Below are positions 19,874-28,101 of a stretch of 64,000 nt of DNA, in pieces. The translations under genes and the position numbers were made by a program. The stretch comes from an uncultured Acidobacteriota bacterium. Its GTDB lineage: Bacteria > Acidobacteriota > UBA6911. Each line of letters opens with the position of its first letter. Position 1 is the first letter of the stretch. The notes below the pieces were generated by a model. That model did not search any database. It saw nothing but the letters and a program-made list of their open reading frames with translations, and had not been told where the DNA came from. The stretch is taken from positions 115,580 through 179,579 of the forward strand of contig CAVRJA010000002.1 in the NCBI GenBank assembly GCA_963721405.1, read 5' to 3'.

Positions 19874-20133
19874 TATCCGGTGATAGGTCCACAGACAATG
19901 AGCCCAGGTTGAAATATACCAGAATCGACCGGGTATTCGGCAGCCAATGCGGATCCGGCGGTACCGCAGGGCGGAAAAGGCGACCATTGGAATTTGCCCA
20001 CCGGGATTCAATCCACAGCGCGACTCCCGGCGGGGAACCCGCTGGATAGGCCGGTCCAACGCGTCACCTTTTTGCTTGTCCCCCCGGCAGCAGTCGGTTA
20101 AGAATCCTCTTTCGTGCAGCAATCGAGATTCTG

Positions 20134-20162
20134 TAGGTCCCGTCCGGCGGCCGGGACCTACT
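20134..20162. repeat. Hairpin containing a third partial copy of the 17-kb repeat end
   Basis: gtaggtcccg-tccggcggc-cgggacctac is a 10-bp stem. The 17-mer ggcggccgggacctact occurs at both 17346-17362 and 20148-20164. Confidence 0.6.
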
Positions 20163-20225
20163 GCCGGCCAGCCGGAGGTCGACACGGTTTTTGCGGTTCC
20201 ATAGCCGAATATAAGGAGCATTCTC

Positions 20226-21488
20226 ATGCGCAATTTTCTACGTTATGGGTGCGTTGCGTCCGCTGTGCTTATGGCATCACTGGCAATCGCCGGAGGGATC
20301 GTCCAGGACAGGGGCGCTCAGCCTCCTTCACAGGCGGGCAGGGGAGCGACTCAGCAAAGACCCGCGGTGGTTTCGCCCGAAGTTCAGCAGGACCGGCGCA
20401 TCGTGTTCCGCATTTACGCACCCCAGGCGGAGAATGTGGGCCTTCAGGGCAGCGATATCACCGCAGGGTTCGGCGAAGGAGGCCGGGGCGGTCCGGGCCT
20501 GCCGGCGATGGTGAAGGGGGAAAACGGAGTCTGGGAGGTGACGGTCGGGCCGATCGAACCCGGCGCCTACCGCTACAACTTTTCAGTGAACGGGGTCGCG
20601 GTGATCGATCCCCGCAATCCATCGACCAGCGAGTCCAATACCAACACCTGGAGCCTGGTGTACGTGCCGGGCGGCGAGTTCATGGATACACGCAACGTTC
20701 CCCACGGCGCAGTGGGTTCGGTCTATTATTATTCGACCGCCCTGAAGCGGACACGCCGCATGCACATCTATACGCCGCCCGGCTATGAAACGGGAGGCGG
20801 GAAATTTCCAGTGTTTTACCTTCTGCACGGCGCCGGTGACTGTGACGATTCCTGGACTTCCGTCGGACGCGCCGGATTCATTCTCGACAACCTGATCGAG
20901 GCCGGGAAGGTGAAGCCGATGATTGTCGTCATGCCAGCGGGTCACACTACCCCAGCAGCTTTCGGGGCCAGGCCGGCGGCTCCTCCTGCAGCTGCCACCA
21001 CCGGTACGCCACAGGCGCCGCCGCGCGATGAATTCCTGGAGGACTTCCTGACCGATATCATGCCGTACGTGGAAAGGAACTACCGTGTCCTGGCCGGCCG
21101 TGCGAATCGAGCCATCGCAGGGCTTTCCATGGGCGGCAGCCAGACGCTCAACATCTCCTTTACCCAGCTTGACAAGTTCGCACATATCGGTGTTTTTAGT
21201 TCCGGGATATTGGGAGGAGGGCGTGGCGCGACCCCGGCTGCCACACCTGGAAGCCAGTGGGAACAGCAGCACCTGGCGATGCTCGACAACGCCGGCCTGA
21301 AAAAGGGCCTCAAGTTGATCTGGTTCAGTACGGGCGTGAACGACGGGCTGATCGCCAACTCCCGGAACACGGTCGATCTGCTCAAGAAACATGGTTTCAC
21401 CCCGGTTTTCAAGGAGAGTCCCGGAGCGCACACCTGGATCAACTGGCGGAACTACTTGAACGAATTCGCGCCACAATTGTTCCGGTGA
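20226..21488 (+). CDS. Secreted esterase (enterochelin/feruloyl-esterase-like alpha/beta hydrolase) with an N-terminal E-set/CBM48-like domain
   Basis: RBS AAGGAG. N-terminal domain RIVFRIYAPQAENVGLQG...NGVWEVTVGPIEPGAYRYNFSVNG. FPVFYLLHGAGD and the nucleophile elbow GLSMGG. Confidence 0.8.
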   Translation: MRNFLRYGCVASAVLMASLAIAGGIVQDRGAQPPSQAGRGATQQRPAVVSPEVQQDRRIVFRIYAPQAENVGLQGSDITAGFGEGGRGGPGLPAMVKGENGVWEVTVGPIEPGAYRYNFSVNGVAVIDPRNPSTSESNTNTWSLVYVPGGEFMDTRNVPHGAVGSVYYYSTALKRTRRMHIYTPPGYETGGGKFPVFYLLHGAGDCDDSWTSVGRAGFILDNLIEAGKVKPMIVVMPAGHTTPAAFGARPAAPPAAATTGTPQAPPRDEFLEDFLTDIMPYVERNYRVLAGRANRAIAGLSMGGSQTLNISFTQLDKFAHIGVFSSGILGGGRGATPAATPGSQWEQQHLAMLDNAGLKKGLKLIWFSTGVNDGLIANSRNTVDLLKKHGFTPVFKESPGAHTWINWRNYLNEFAPQLFR

Positions 21489-22274
21489 GTACCCGCAGGC
21501 TCTTCGGGCACGGCCAACCCTGGATGAATCGTTTGCCCCCCTCAGCACCCTCCTCGTCTTACGACGTGAGGGCAGTGGCCGGGACCGCCGCCGTCCCGGC
21601 GGCACATGCCGGCAGGACGCCGGCGCTCCCGGGATCCGTCGGGGCCCTCGCATTGAATGGAGCGCCGAGGACGCCACACCAGATTGTGCGTGCCGGGATC
21701 CAACAAGAAGTCCGACAGACTACCTCAGATGTCTTAGGGCCTGCGATCCGCCCTGAATCAACCGCTGGACACCTTCCGAGTCCCGTCCCTCGAAGTTGAG
21801 CACGAGATCGACTCGGTGCGCCGGCAGGACAATGCCGTCAGGCATTTTAGGGCCCCCCACTCGGGTTTTGCCTAGTTTTTTGCTTCCCAGCTTTACGGCT
21901 ATCATGCCTTCGATCGTTCGGGCGCCATTTGTCTCGCATGTGGCTGATGACGACGGGAACATCCTCGGGTTCCGGGTTTTGATTGAAGTAGGGTATTGAG
22001 GATGGAACCGTCGGCGAGGGGCACTAGATGAAATGGAGAAGCGACCCGCACTCGAGAGTGTGAACTTCCTTCCGATTTCCCCCCAAAGTTTGCCGACAGC
22101 TTCTCCTGCGGATCGCACGGCATTCGATGCGAAAACCAGGCCGGATGTTGGATGTCTGGTCGGAGCCGGCCATCAAGGACGGGAATAGCTGGTGCGGGGC
22201 TGCTGCCATTTCGCGGTTGTCCCGGGAACGAATCTGGTGCGGCTGTCGAGGCGCCCTTCGCGAGGGGAGGTACG

Positions 22275-22868
22275 GTGGCGATTTTGCTGAAAGTGCGGTT
22301 CCTCAAAGGGCTTCTCCTGGTTGTGGCGCTGGCCGCGGCGGCATTGCTGTACCGCTATTGGCCGGACGCCCGGACGCCTCAGGCATCCTTCTTGCCGGGA
22401 TCGCCGGCGGCGCCCCAGGCGCAACCGAAGCCGCTGTCTCCCGGCAGCGATCACGATTTGAAAGTGCTGGAGATGGCGTTGCAGAAGAACCCGGGCCACA
22501 CGCCCGTGTTGATGCAAATGGCGAATCTGGAGTCTTCCAAGGGCCGTTATCAGGATGCGGAACGTCATCTTCAGGAGATCTTGCGCCGGGAACCGGATAA
22601 TGCGGAAGCCCGGCTGGAGCTTGGCAGAGTGATGTTCCAGCTGGGCGATGTCCAGGGGGCCATCGAGCAGACCGAGTCGATTCTGAAAAAGCAGCCTTCG
22701 AATTCCGATGCCCTGTACAACCTCGGGGCGATCTACGGAAACCTCGGCAACAAAGAACGCGCGGCCGTCTATTGGCAACGCCTTATCTCTGTTGATCCGC
22801 AATCGGCAAGCGGCAAACTCGCGCAGCAGATGATGAGCCGGCTGCAAACGCAGGCAAAAGTACGCTAG
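22275..22868 (+). CDS. Membrane-anchored TPR-repeat protein, first gene of the cytochrome operon
   Basis: The GTG at 22275 has GGAGG 5-9 nt upstream. One N-terminal TM helix (FLKGLLLVVALAAAALLY). Three or four TPR units (YQDAERHLQEILRREPDNAEA, GDVQGAIEQTESILKKQPSNSDALYNLGAIY...). Confidence 0.7.
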   Translation: MAILLKVRFLKGLLLVVALAAAALLYRYWPDARTPQASFLPGSPAAPQAQPKPLSPGSDHDLKVLEMALQKNPGHTPVLMQMANLESSKGRYQDAERHLQEILRREPDNAEARLELGRVMFQLGDVQGAIEQTESILKKQPSNSDALYNLGAIYGNLGNKERAAVYWQRLISVDPQSASGKLAQQMMSRLQTQAKVR

Positions 22869-22985
22869 ACCGGTAGCGAGGCGCCGTGGAGAGGTCGGCG
22901 CAAGTCTGACAGAACCGGATGTTGATTGACAGTTGGAGGGCGCTGCCGGCACCCGTTTTCTGATTTCGAGGGAAGTTTCCAGGGA

Positions 22986-23009
22986 CTACAGCCGGCTGAC
23001 CGGCTGTAG
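22986..23009 (+). other. Perfect hairpin abutting the first ATG of the cytochrome ORF
   Basis: ctacagccgg-ctga-ccggctgtag: a 10-bp stem with a 4-nt loop, ending 2 nt before ATG 23012. Confidence 0.6.
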
Positions 23010-23011
23010 TC

Positions 23012-25513
23012 ATGGCACGGAACGGCATGAAACGGCAAGGTGAGTTCGACATGACAAAACATGAGCTCGATGCCCGCCCTATGTACCCCATGATCCGGCC
23101 GGCGACGAGTGCGGCGGCGTGCCCGTCAGTGCCTCAATGGGCAGCCCGCGGCCGGGGATTGCGTTCGACCCGATGGATCCTGAGCGCATTCGCCATTATG
23201 TGTTCTCTGGCCGTTTGCGGGGATCCCGCGTCGGCTGCGCAGAAAAAGCTCTACCGGGATAAGAACCCCCACGGCCCGATCAAGGTCCCGTGTGAAAGTT
23301 GTCACACTCTGACCAGTTGGTCTCCGATCCGCTCCCACCCCGATTTTGATCACAGTAAGACGGCGTTCCCGCTGCGCGGAATGCATGCGGGCGTGAGCTG
23401 CACGCAATGTCACACCAGCCTCGAGTTTTCCGATGCCGGAACAAAATGTGTGGATTGCCATGCAGACATTCACCGCCGGCAGTTCGGAAGCAACTGCGAG
23501 CAGTGCCACAGTGTCCAGGGATGGCGTGCGTCATTGCAGGCCGTGAACAACCACCAAAACCGGTTTCCGCTCATGGGGGCGCACGCCTCCGTCGATTGTG
23601 AATCATGCCACAAGAGCGCGGCGGTCGGCCTGTTTCGCGGCCTCGGCACTTCCTGCGTATCCTGCCACCAGGCTGACCTCCAAAAGACCAAGGCTCCGGA
23701 TCACCTGGCGGCGAAGTTTCCCACGACGTGCGAAAACTGCCACGGAATGGACAGTTGGTTTGGAGCCAGCTTCGATCACAACCAGGCGACCAGGTTCCCG
23801 CTCACGGGCATGCATGCGCAGACCGGTTGCCTGAGCTGTCACGCCGGCGGCCGCTTCGCCGGCACGCCGATGACCTGCGTCGGCTGCCACGCCGCGGATT
23901 TTTCCCATACAACGAATCCCAATCATGTAACCTCGGGGTTTTCGCAGGACTGCAGCATCTGCCACACCACCGCCAGCTGGGAGAATGCGAAGTTCGATCA
24001 CAATGCCAGCGGGTTTCCGTTAACAGGAGCTCACGCTACGGTTGCGTGCACGCAATGTCACGCGAACAATCAGTTCACGGGGATCTCCACGGCGTGCAGC
24101 TCGTGCCACCTCGCGGACTTCAATGCCACGAAAAACCCGAATCACGCTGCGTCCGGATTTCCGCAGGACTGCGCGGCCTGCCACACGACCGTCAGCTGGT
24201 CGGGCGCCGTCTTCGACCACAACAAGACGCAGTTCCCGCTGACGGGTGCACATGCCTCCGTCGACTGTTCCAAGTGTCATACGAATGGTCAATATGCCAG
24301 CACGCCGACGCAATGCGTAGCCTGCCATCTCGCGGATTTCAACGGCACCAGCAACCCCAACCATGCCGCATCCGGATTTCCTCAGGATTGCAAGGCCTGC
24401 CACACCACCGCCAGTTGGCTGGGAGCCGACTTCGACCACAGCAAGACGCAGTTCCCCCTGACAGGCGCGCACGCCACCGTCGACTGTTCGAAGTGCCACG
24501 TGAACAACGTCTTCACGGGAACTTCCACGCAATGCGTGGCCTGCCACCTGGCGGATTTCAACAACGCCAAGAACCCGGATCATGCCGCCGCAGGGTTCCC
24601 GCAGGACTGCACAACCTGCCACAGCACCACCGGTTGGCAGGGCGCATCATTCGATCACAGCAAAACGGGTTTTGCACTGACCGGAGACCACGCAACCCTG
24701 ACCTGCGTCCAGTGCCACACCAACAACCAGTATGCTGGAACGCCGGCAACCTGCGCGGGATGCCATCAGAAAGACTTTAACGGCACTTCGAATCCGAACC
24801 ATGCCCAGGCCGGATTCCCAACCGATTGCTCCCTGTGCCATTCCACAACCTCATGGCAGGGTGCGACCTTCGATCACAGCAAAACCAAGTTCCCGCTCAC
24901 GGGTGCGCACACCAACCTGCAATGCGCGAGCTGTCACGCAAACGGGCAGTATGCAACCCTGCCGACGACCTGCGTATCGTGCCATCTGGCCCAATTCAAC
25001 GGCACCACCAATCCCAACCATGCCGCCGCGGGATTCCCCCAGGATTGCTCCCTTTGCCACAACACCACTAATTTCAGCACGGCCACGTTCGATCACAGCA
25101 AGACGTCTTTCCCGTTGACGGGGGCGCATGCAAATGTCGCCTGCGCCAGTTGCCATATCGGAAACGTCTTCTCCGGGACGCCGACTGCCTGTTTTTCGTG
25201 CCACGCGGCGGATTACAAGAGCACCACGAATCCGAACCATGCCTCCGCAGGATTTCCGACCACGTGCGCGACGTGCCACACCACAACCACTTGGGCGGGA
25301 GCCACATTCAACCACACCTGGTTTCCGATGACACACGGCGGCGCCAAGATGTGCAGCGATTGCCATCAGAATGCGACCACTTACTCGGTTTTTCAGTGTA
25401 CGAATTGCCACGCTAAGACTCAAACCGACTCCCACCACAGGGGTGTCAGTGGTTATGTCTACAACAGCGCGAACTGCTATCAATGCCATCCCAGGGGAAG
25501 GGGGGACCTATGA
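23012..25513 (+). CDS. Giant multihaem c-type cytochrome with 31 CXXCH motifs
   Basis: I counted 31 CXXCH motifs in the translation. Signal-like segment RWILSAFAIMCSLAVCGDPASA. The start is uncertain: ATG 23012, 23051, 23081 and 23090 are all in frame before the signal peptide. Confidence 0.9.
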   Translation: MARNGMKRQGEFDMTKHELDARPMYPMIRPATSAAACPSVPQWAARGRGLRSTRWILSAFAIMCSLAVCGDPASAAQKKLYRDKNPHGPIKVPCESCHTLTSWSPIRSHPDFDHSKTAFPLRGMHAGVSCTQCHTSLEFSDAGTKCVDCHADIHRRQFGSNCEQCHSVQGWRASLQAVNNHQNRFPLMGAHASVDCESCHKSAAVGLFRGLGTSCVSCHQADLQKTKAPDHLAAKFPTTCENCHGMDSWFGASFDHNQATRFPLTGMHAQTGCLSCHAGGRFAGTPMTCVGCHAADFSHTTNPNHVTSGFSQDCSICHTTASWENAKFDHNASGFPLTGAHATVACTQCHANNQFTGISTACSSCHLADFNATKNPNHAASGFPQDCAACHTTVSWSGAVFDHNKTQFPLTGAHASVDCSKCHTNGQYASTPTQCVACHLADFNGTSNPNHAASGFPQDCKACHTTASWLGADFDHSKTQFPLTGAHATVDCSKCHVNNVFTGTSTQCVACHLADFNNAKNPDHAAAGFPQDCTTCHSTTGWQGASFDHSKTGFALTGDHATLTCVQCHTNNQYAGTPATCAGCHQKDFNGTSNPNHAQAGFPTDCSLCHSTTSWQGATFDHSKTKFPLTGAHTNLQCASCHANGQYATLPTTCVSCHLAQFNGTTNPNHAAAGFPQDCSLCHNTTNFSTATFDHSKTSFPLTGAHANVACASCHIGNVFSGTPTACFSCHAADYKSTTNPNHASAGFPTTCATCHTTTTWAGATFNHTWFPMTHGGAKMCSDCHQNATTYSVFQCTNCHAKTQTDSHHRGVSGYVYNSANCYQCHPRGRGDL
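23729..25279 (+). repeat. Tandem in-frame repeat: seven tri-haem modules, six consecutive periods of exactly 219 bp
   Basis: The third CXXCH of successive modules starts at 23729, 23951, 24170, 24389, 24608, 24827, 25046 and 25265. The spacings are 222, then 219 six times. Confidence 0.9.
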
Positions 25514-27291
25514 ACGGGCCGGTTATGTCTCATGACCCTTGTGCACAAGGAGGCGTTCAGGCGCCACGGCCCCGGGTGAGCGGCCGCAACAACGCTGTCT
25601 GGCGGATACTCCTTGCATGGGTTGTGAGCCTGGCGGCAGGCATGCACGCAAACGCCGATGAGGCGAAGATCCAGACGACCTTTCCGGTGAAATACGTCAC
25701 CGCGGATTCCGTTTACCTCGAAGGAGGGAGCAACCTCGGCCTGGTGCAGGGTCAGAAACTGACCGTACAGCGCAAGAGCCCCGACGGGGGGCAGGCTGAA
25801 CTCAAGGTCGTAGGGAAAATCGAGATTGAAGCCGTCGCATCGGTTTCTGCGGTTGGGAAAATTGTTTCTTCCGATTCGCAGATCGTCGCCGGGGACGTCG
25901 CCTGTCTTTCCCCGGAAGATGTCGCAAAACTCAAGGCCGCGCAGTCTTCCGAAGATGCTGCGAAATATCCGCAGGTAGCCAGCTTCACGTCCGGCGATCC
26001 GCCGGACCAGGAAGTGAGGGATAGCCTGCCCCGGCCTCCTTCCCCGGAGGTCAACCACATTCGCGGGCGCATCGGATTTGACTACAGCAACCTGAGCAGC
26101 CCGTCCAGCGGGATTGGCTCCTTGCAGTACGGCTACACCATCAGGATCGAGGCAACCAGGCTGGGAGGCACATTCTGGAGCATCAGCGGTTTTCAGCGAG
26201 GCCGTGTGTACTCGCAAAATGACACATTGCAGCAGTCGACCTTGCGCGACCTCATCAACCGCACGTACCACCTGAGCCTCTCCTACAATAATCCCGAGTC
26301 GCGCTGGGTCGCGGGCATCGGCCGCCTCTATGTTCCCTGGGCCAGCAGCCTGAGCACCCTCGACGGGTTCTATCTCGGCCGCAGGTACGGCGCCGCCACG
26401 ATCGGCTTGTTCGGCGGGACAACCCCTGATCCGACCTCATGGAACTATAACCGCGATCGCCAGATGGCCGGCACGTTCGTGAATTTTACGGGCGGCAGTT
26501 TCGATTCGTGGCGATACTCAACGACCTCCGGGTTCGCTGTTTCCCGCATCAGCTGGCATCCGGACCGGCAGTTCGGCTTCTTTGAGAACGGGATCTTCTA
26601 CAAGCATTACCTCTCGGTCTACAGCGACATCGAGACCGATTTCAGGAACTCTTCGCAAAATGCGGGTCAATCCGGCTTTACATTCAGCCGCAGCTACCTT
26701 ACGGTCCGGTTGCAGCCGCACAAAATCATCAGTTTCGACGTGAGCGAGAACTACTTCCGCAACATCCCCACCTTCGATCCGCAGTTGATCGGCACGGGGT
26801 TGCTGGATCAGTTCCTGTTTCAGGGGGTCAGCGGCGGAGTCCGCCTCGAACTCCCGTTCCGGGTGGGGCTTTACTCGAATCTCGGCCGCAGCAGCCGGAG
26901 CGGCGATGCCAAGGATTCCTGGAACTACCTCTACGGCGCCACCGTCGGGAATATCTTCCGCACGGGAGTCCGGGCGGATGTCCGTTATTCCAAGTTCGAC
27001 AGCTCATTCGGCCAGGGGAACTACAGATCCCTGCTGGTGAGCCGCGAGATCGGAGAAGGATTCAGGTTCGACTTGCAGGCCGGGCAGGAAGAGGTGATTT
27101 CGACAGTAACCAGCCAGACTCGGGCCCGGTTTCTGAATGGCAACGCGGAGTGGCTGCTGCGCGGCCGCTATGTGCTCGGTCTGGGAATCACCGCCTTTCG
27201 CGGCCAGGTGCAGGATTACAACCAGTACTACATAAGCCTGGGCTATCGTTTCGACTTTCATCACGCCATCCGTGCGCAATCGATCCATTGA
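25510..27291 (+). CDS. Predicted outer-membrane beta-barrel protein with an N-terminal soluble domain, translationally coupled to the cytochrome
   Basis: Its ATG at 25510 overlaps the cytochrome TGA (ATGA). Signal peptide ILLAWVVSLAAGMHANA. About 120 aa of soluble domain, then about 430 aa of alternating-hydrophobic strands (YHLSLSYNN, WVAGIGRLYV, GFAVSRISW, YLTVRLQP, GGVRLELPFRVGLYSNLG, GVRADVRYSKF, YYISLGYRF). Confidence 0.7.
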   Translation: MNGPVMSHDPCAQGGVQAPRPRVSGRNNAVWRILLAWVVSLAAGMHANADEAKIQTTFPVKYVTADSVYLEGGSNLGLVQGQKLTVQRKSPDGGQAELKVVGKIEIEAVASVSAVGKIVSSDSQIVAGDVACLSPEDVAKLKAAQSSEDAAKYPQVASFTSGDPPDQEVRDSLPRPPSPEVNHIRGRIGFDYSNLSSPSSGIGSLQYGYTIRIEATRLGGTFWSISGFQRGRVYSQNDTLQQSTLRDLINRTYHLSLSYNNPESRWVAGIGRLYVPWASSLSTLDGFYLGRRYGAATIGLFGGTTPDPTSWNYNRDRQMAGTFVNFTGGSFDSWRYSTTSGFAVSRISWHPDRQFGFFENGIFYKHYLSVYSDIETDFRNSSQNAGQSGFTFSRSYLTVRLQPHKIISFDVSENYFRNIPTFDPQLIGTGLLDQFLFQGVSGGVRLELPFRVGLYSNLGRSSRSGDAKDSWNYLYGATVGNIFRTGVRADVRYSKFDSSFGQGNYRSLLVSREIGEGFRFDLQAGQEEVISTVTSQTRARFLNGNAEWLLRGRYVLGLGITAFRGQVQDYNQYYISLGYRFDFHHAIRAQSIH

Positions 27292-27303
27292 GGAGAAAGG
27301 GAG

Positions 27304-28101
27304 ATGAAGCCGACCGCCATTTCTATTCTGACCCTCGTCATGATGGGAGCGCACAGCATGCAGTTGCCGGCGGCGCGAGGAGTTGCGGGTTCCGACCTGC
27401 AGCTGGAGGAGGTTCTGGCGCATACGCGCAGGTCCGTGGAGTCATTCTGGCAGAAGATCTCCTCCGTCACATGCACAGAAACGCTGACGCAGCAAAAGAT
27501 CGGGAAGAAGGGCAAGGTTGAATTCAAACACGATTCCGTTTCTGACTACCTGTTGATTACTCATCGGAAAGGCAGCGATCTGAACCTCGAGGAATCGCGG
27601 CTGGTGAAAAAAAACGTCGACAAGTCGAAGGAGCGGCCGCTCCTGACGACCAACGGTTTTTCCACTCTGCTCCTGGTTTTCCATCCGCGCTACCGGGACA
27701 GCTACCGTTTTTACCTGGATGGGGACGATTTGATCGACGGGAAGAGGCTGATTCGGGTTCGATACGAACACGTCGCCGGGACGCCCTCGACGTCCGCTCT
27801 GGAGCTTCGAGGGCGGGTATATCCCTTGGACATGGAGGGAGTCGCATGGATTGATCCGGACACACAGGCGATCAGGAGAGTGAAGGCGGAGTTGAAGGCG
27901 CCCATGGACGACCTGAATCTCAAGGCGTTCTATGCCGTCGTGGACTACCGGCCGCAGCGGTTTGCCTCTTCCTCCGAGGTTTTCTGGCTCCCGTCTACCG
28001 CCGCGATCGACATCGAGACTGCGCGCCAGCACTGGCGGAATGTCCATCGTTTTGCGGACTACAAGCGGTTCTCGGTTGAAGAGAGGATAATATCGAAATG
28101 A
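27304..28101 (+). CDS. Secreted protein of unknown function in the cytochrome operon
   Basis: RBS GGAGAAAGGGAG. Signal-like N-terminus. There is a 12-nt gap to the upstream gene and an ATGA overlap with the downstream gene. I recognise no motif. Confidence 0.7.
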   Translation: MKPTAISILTLVMMGAHSMQLPAARGVAGSDLQLEEVLAHTRRSVESFWQKISSVTCTETLTQQKIGKKGKVEFKHDSVSDYLLITHRKGSDLNLEESRLVKKNVDKSKERPLLTTNGFSTLLLVFHPRYRDSYRFYLDGDDLIDGKRLIRVRYEHVAGTPSTSALELRGRVYPLDMEGVAWIDPDTQAIRRVKAELKAPMDDLNLKAFYAVVDYRPQRFASSSEVFWLPSTAAIDIETARQHWRNVHRFADYKRFSVEERIISK

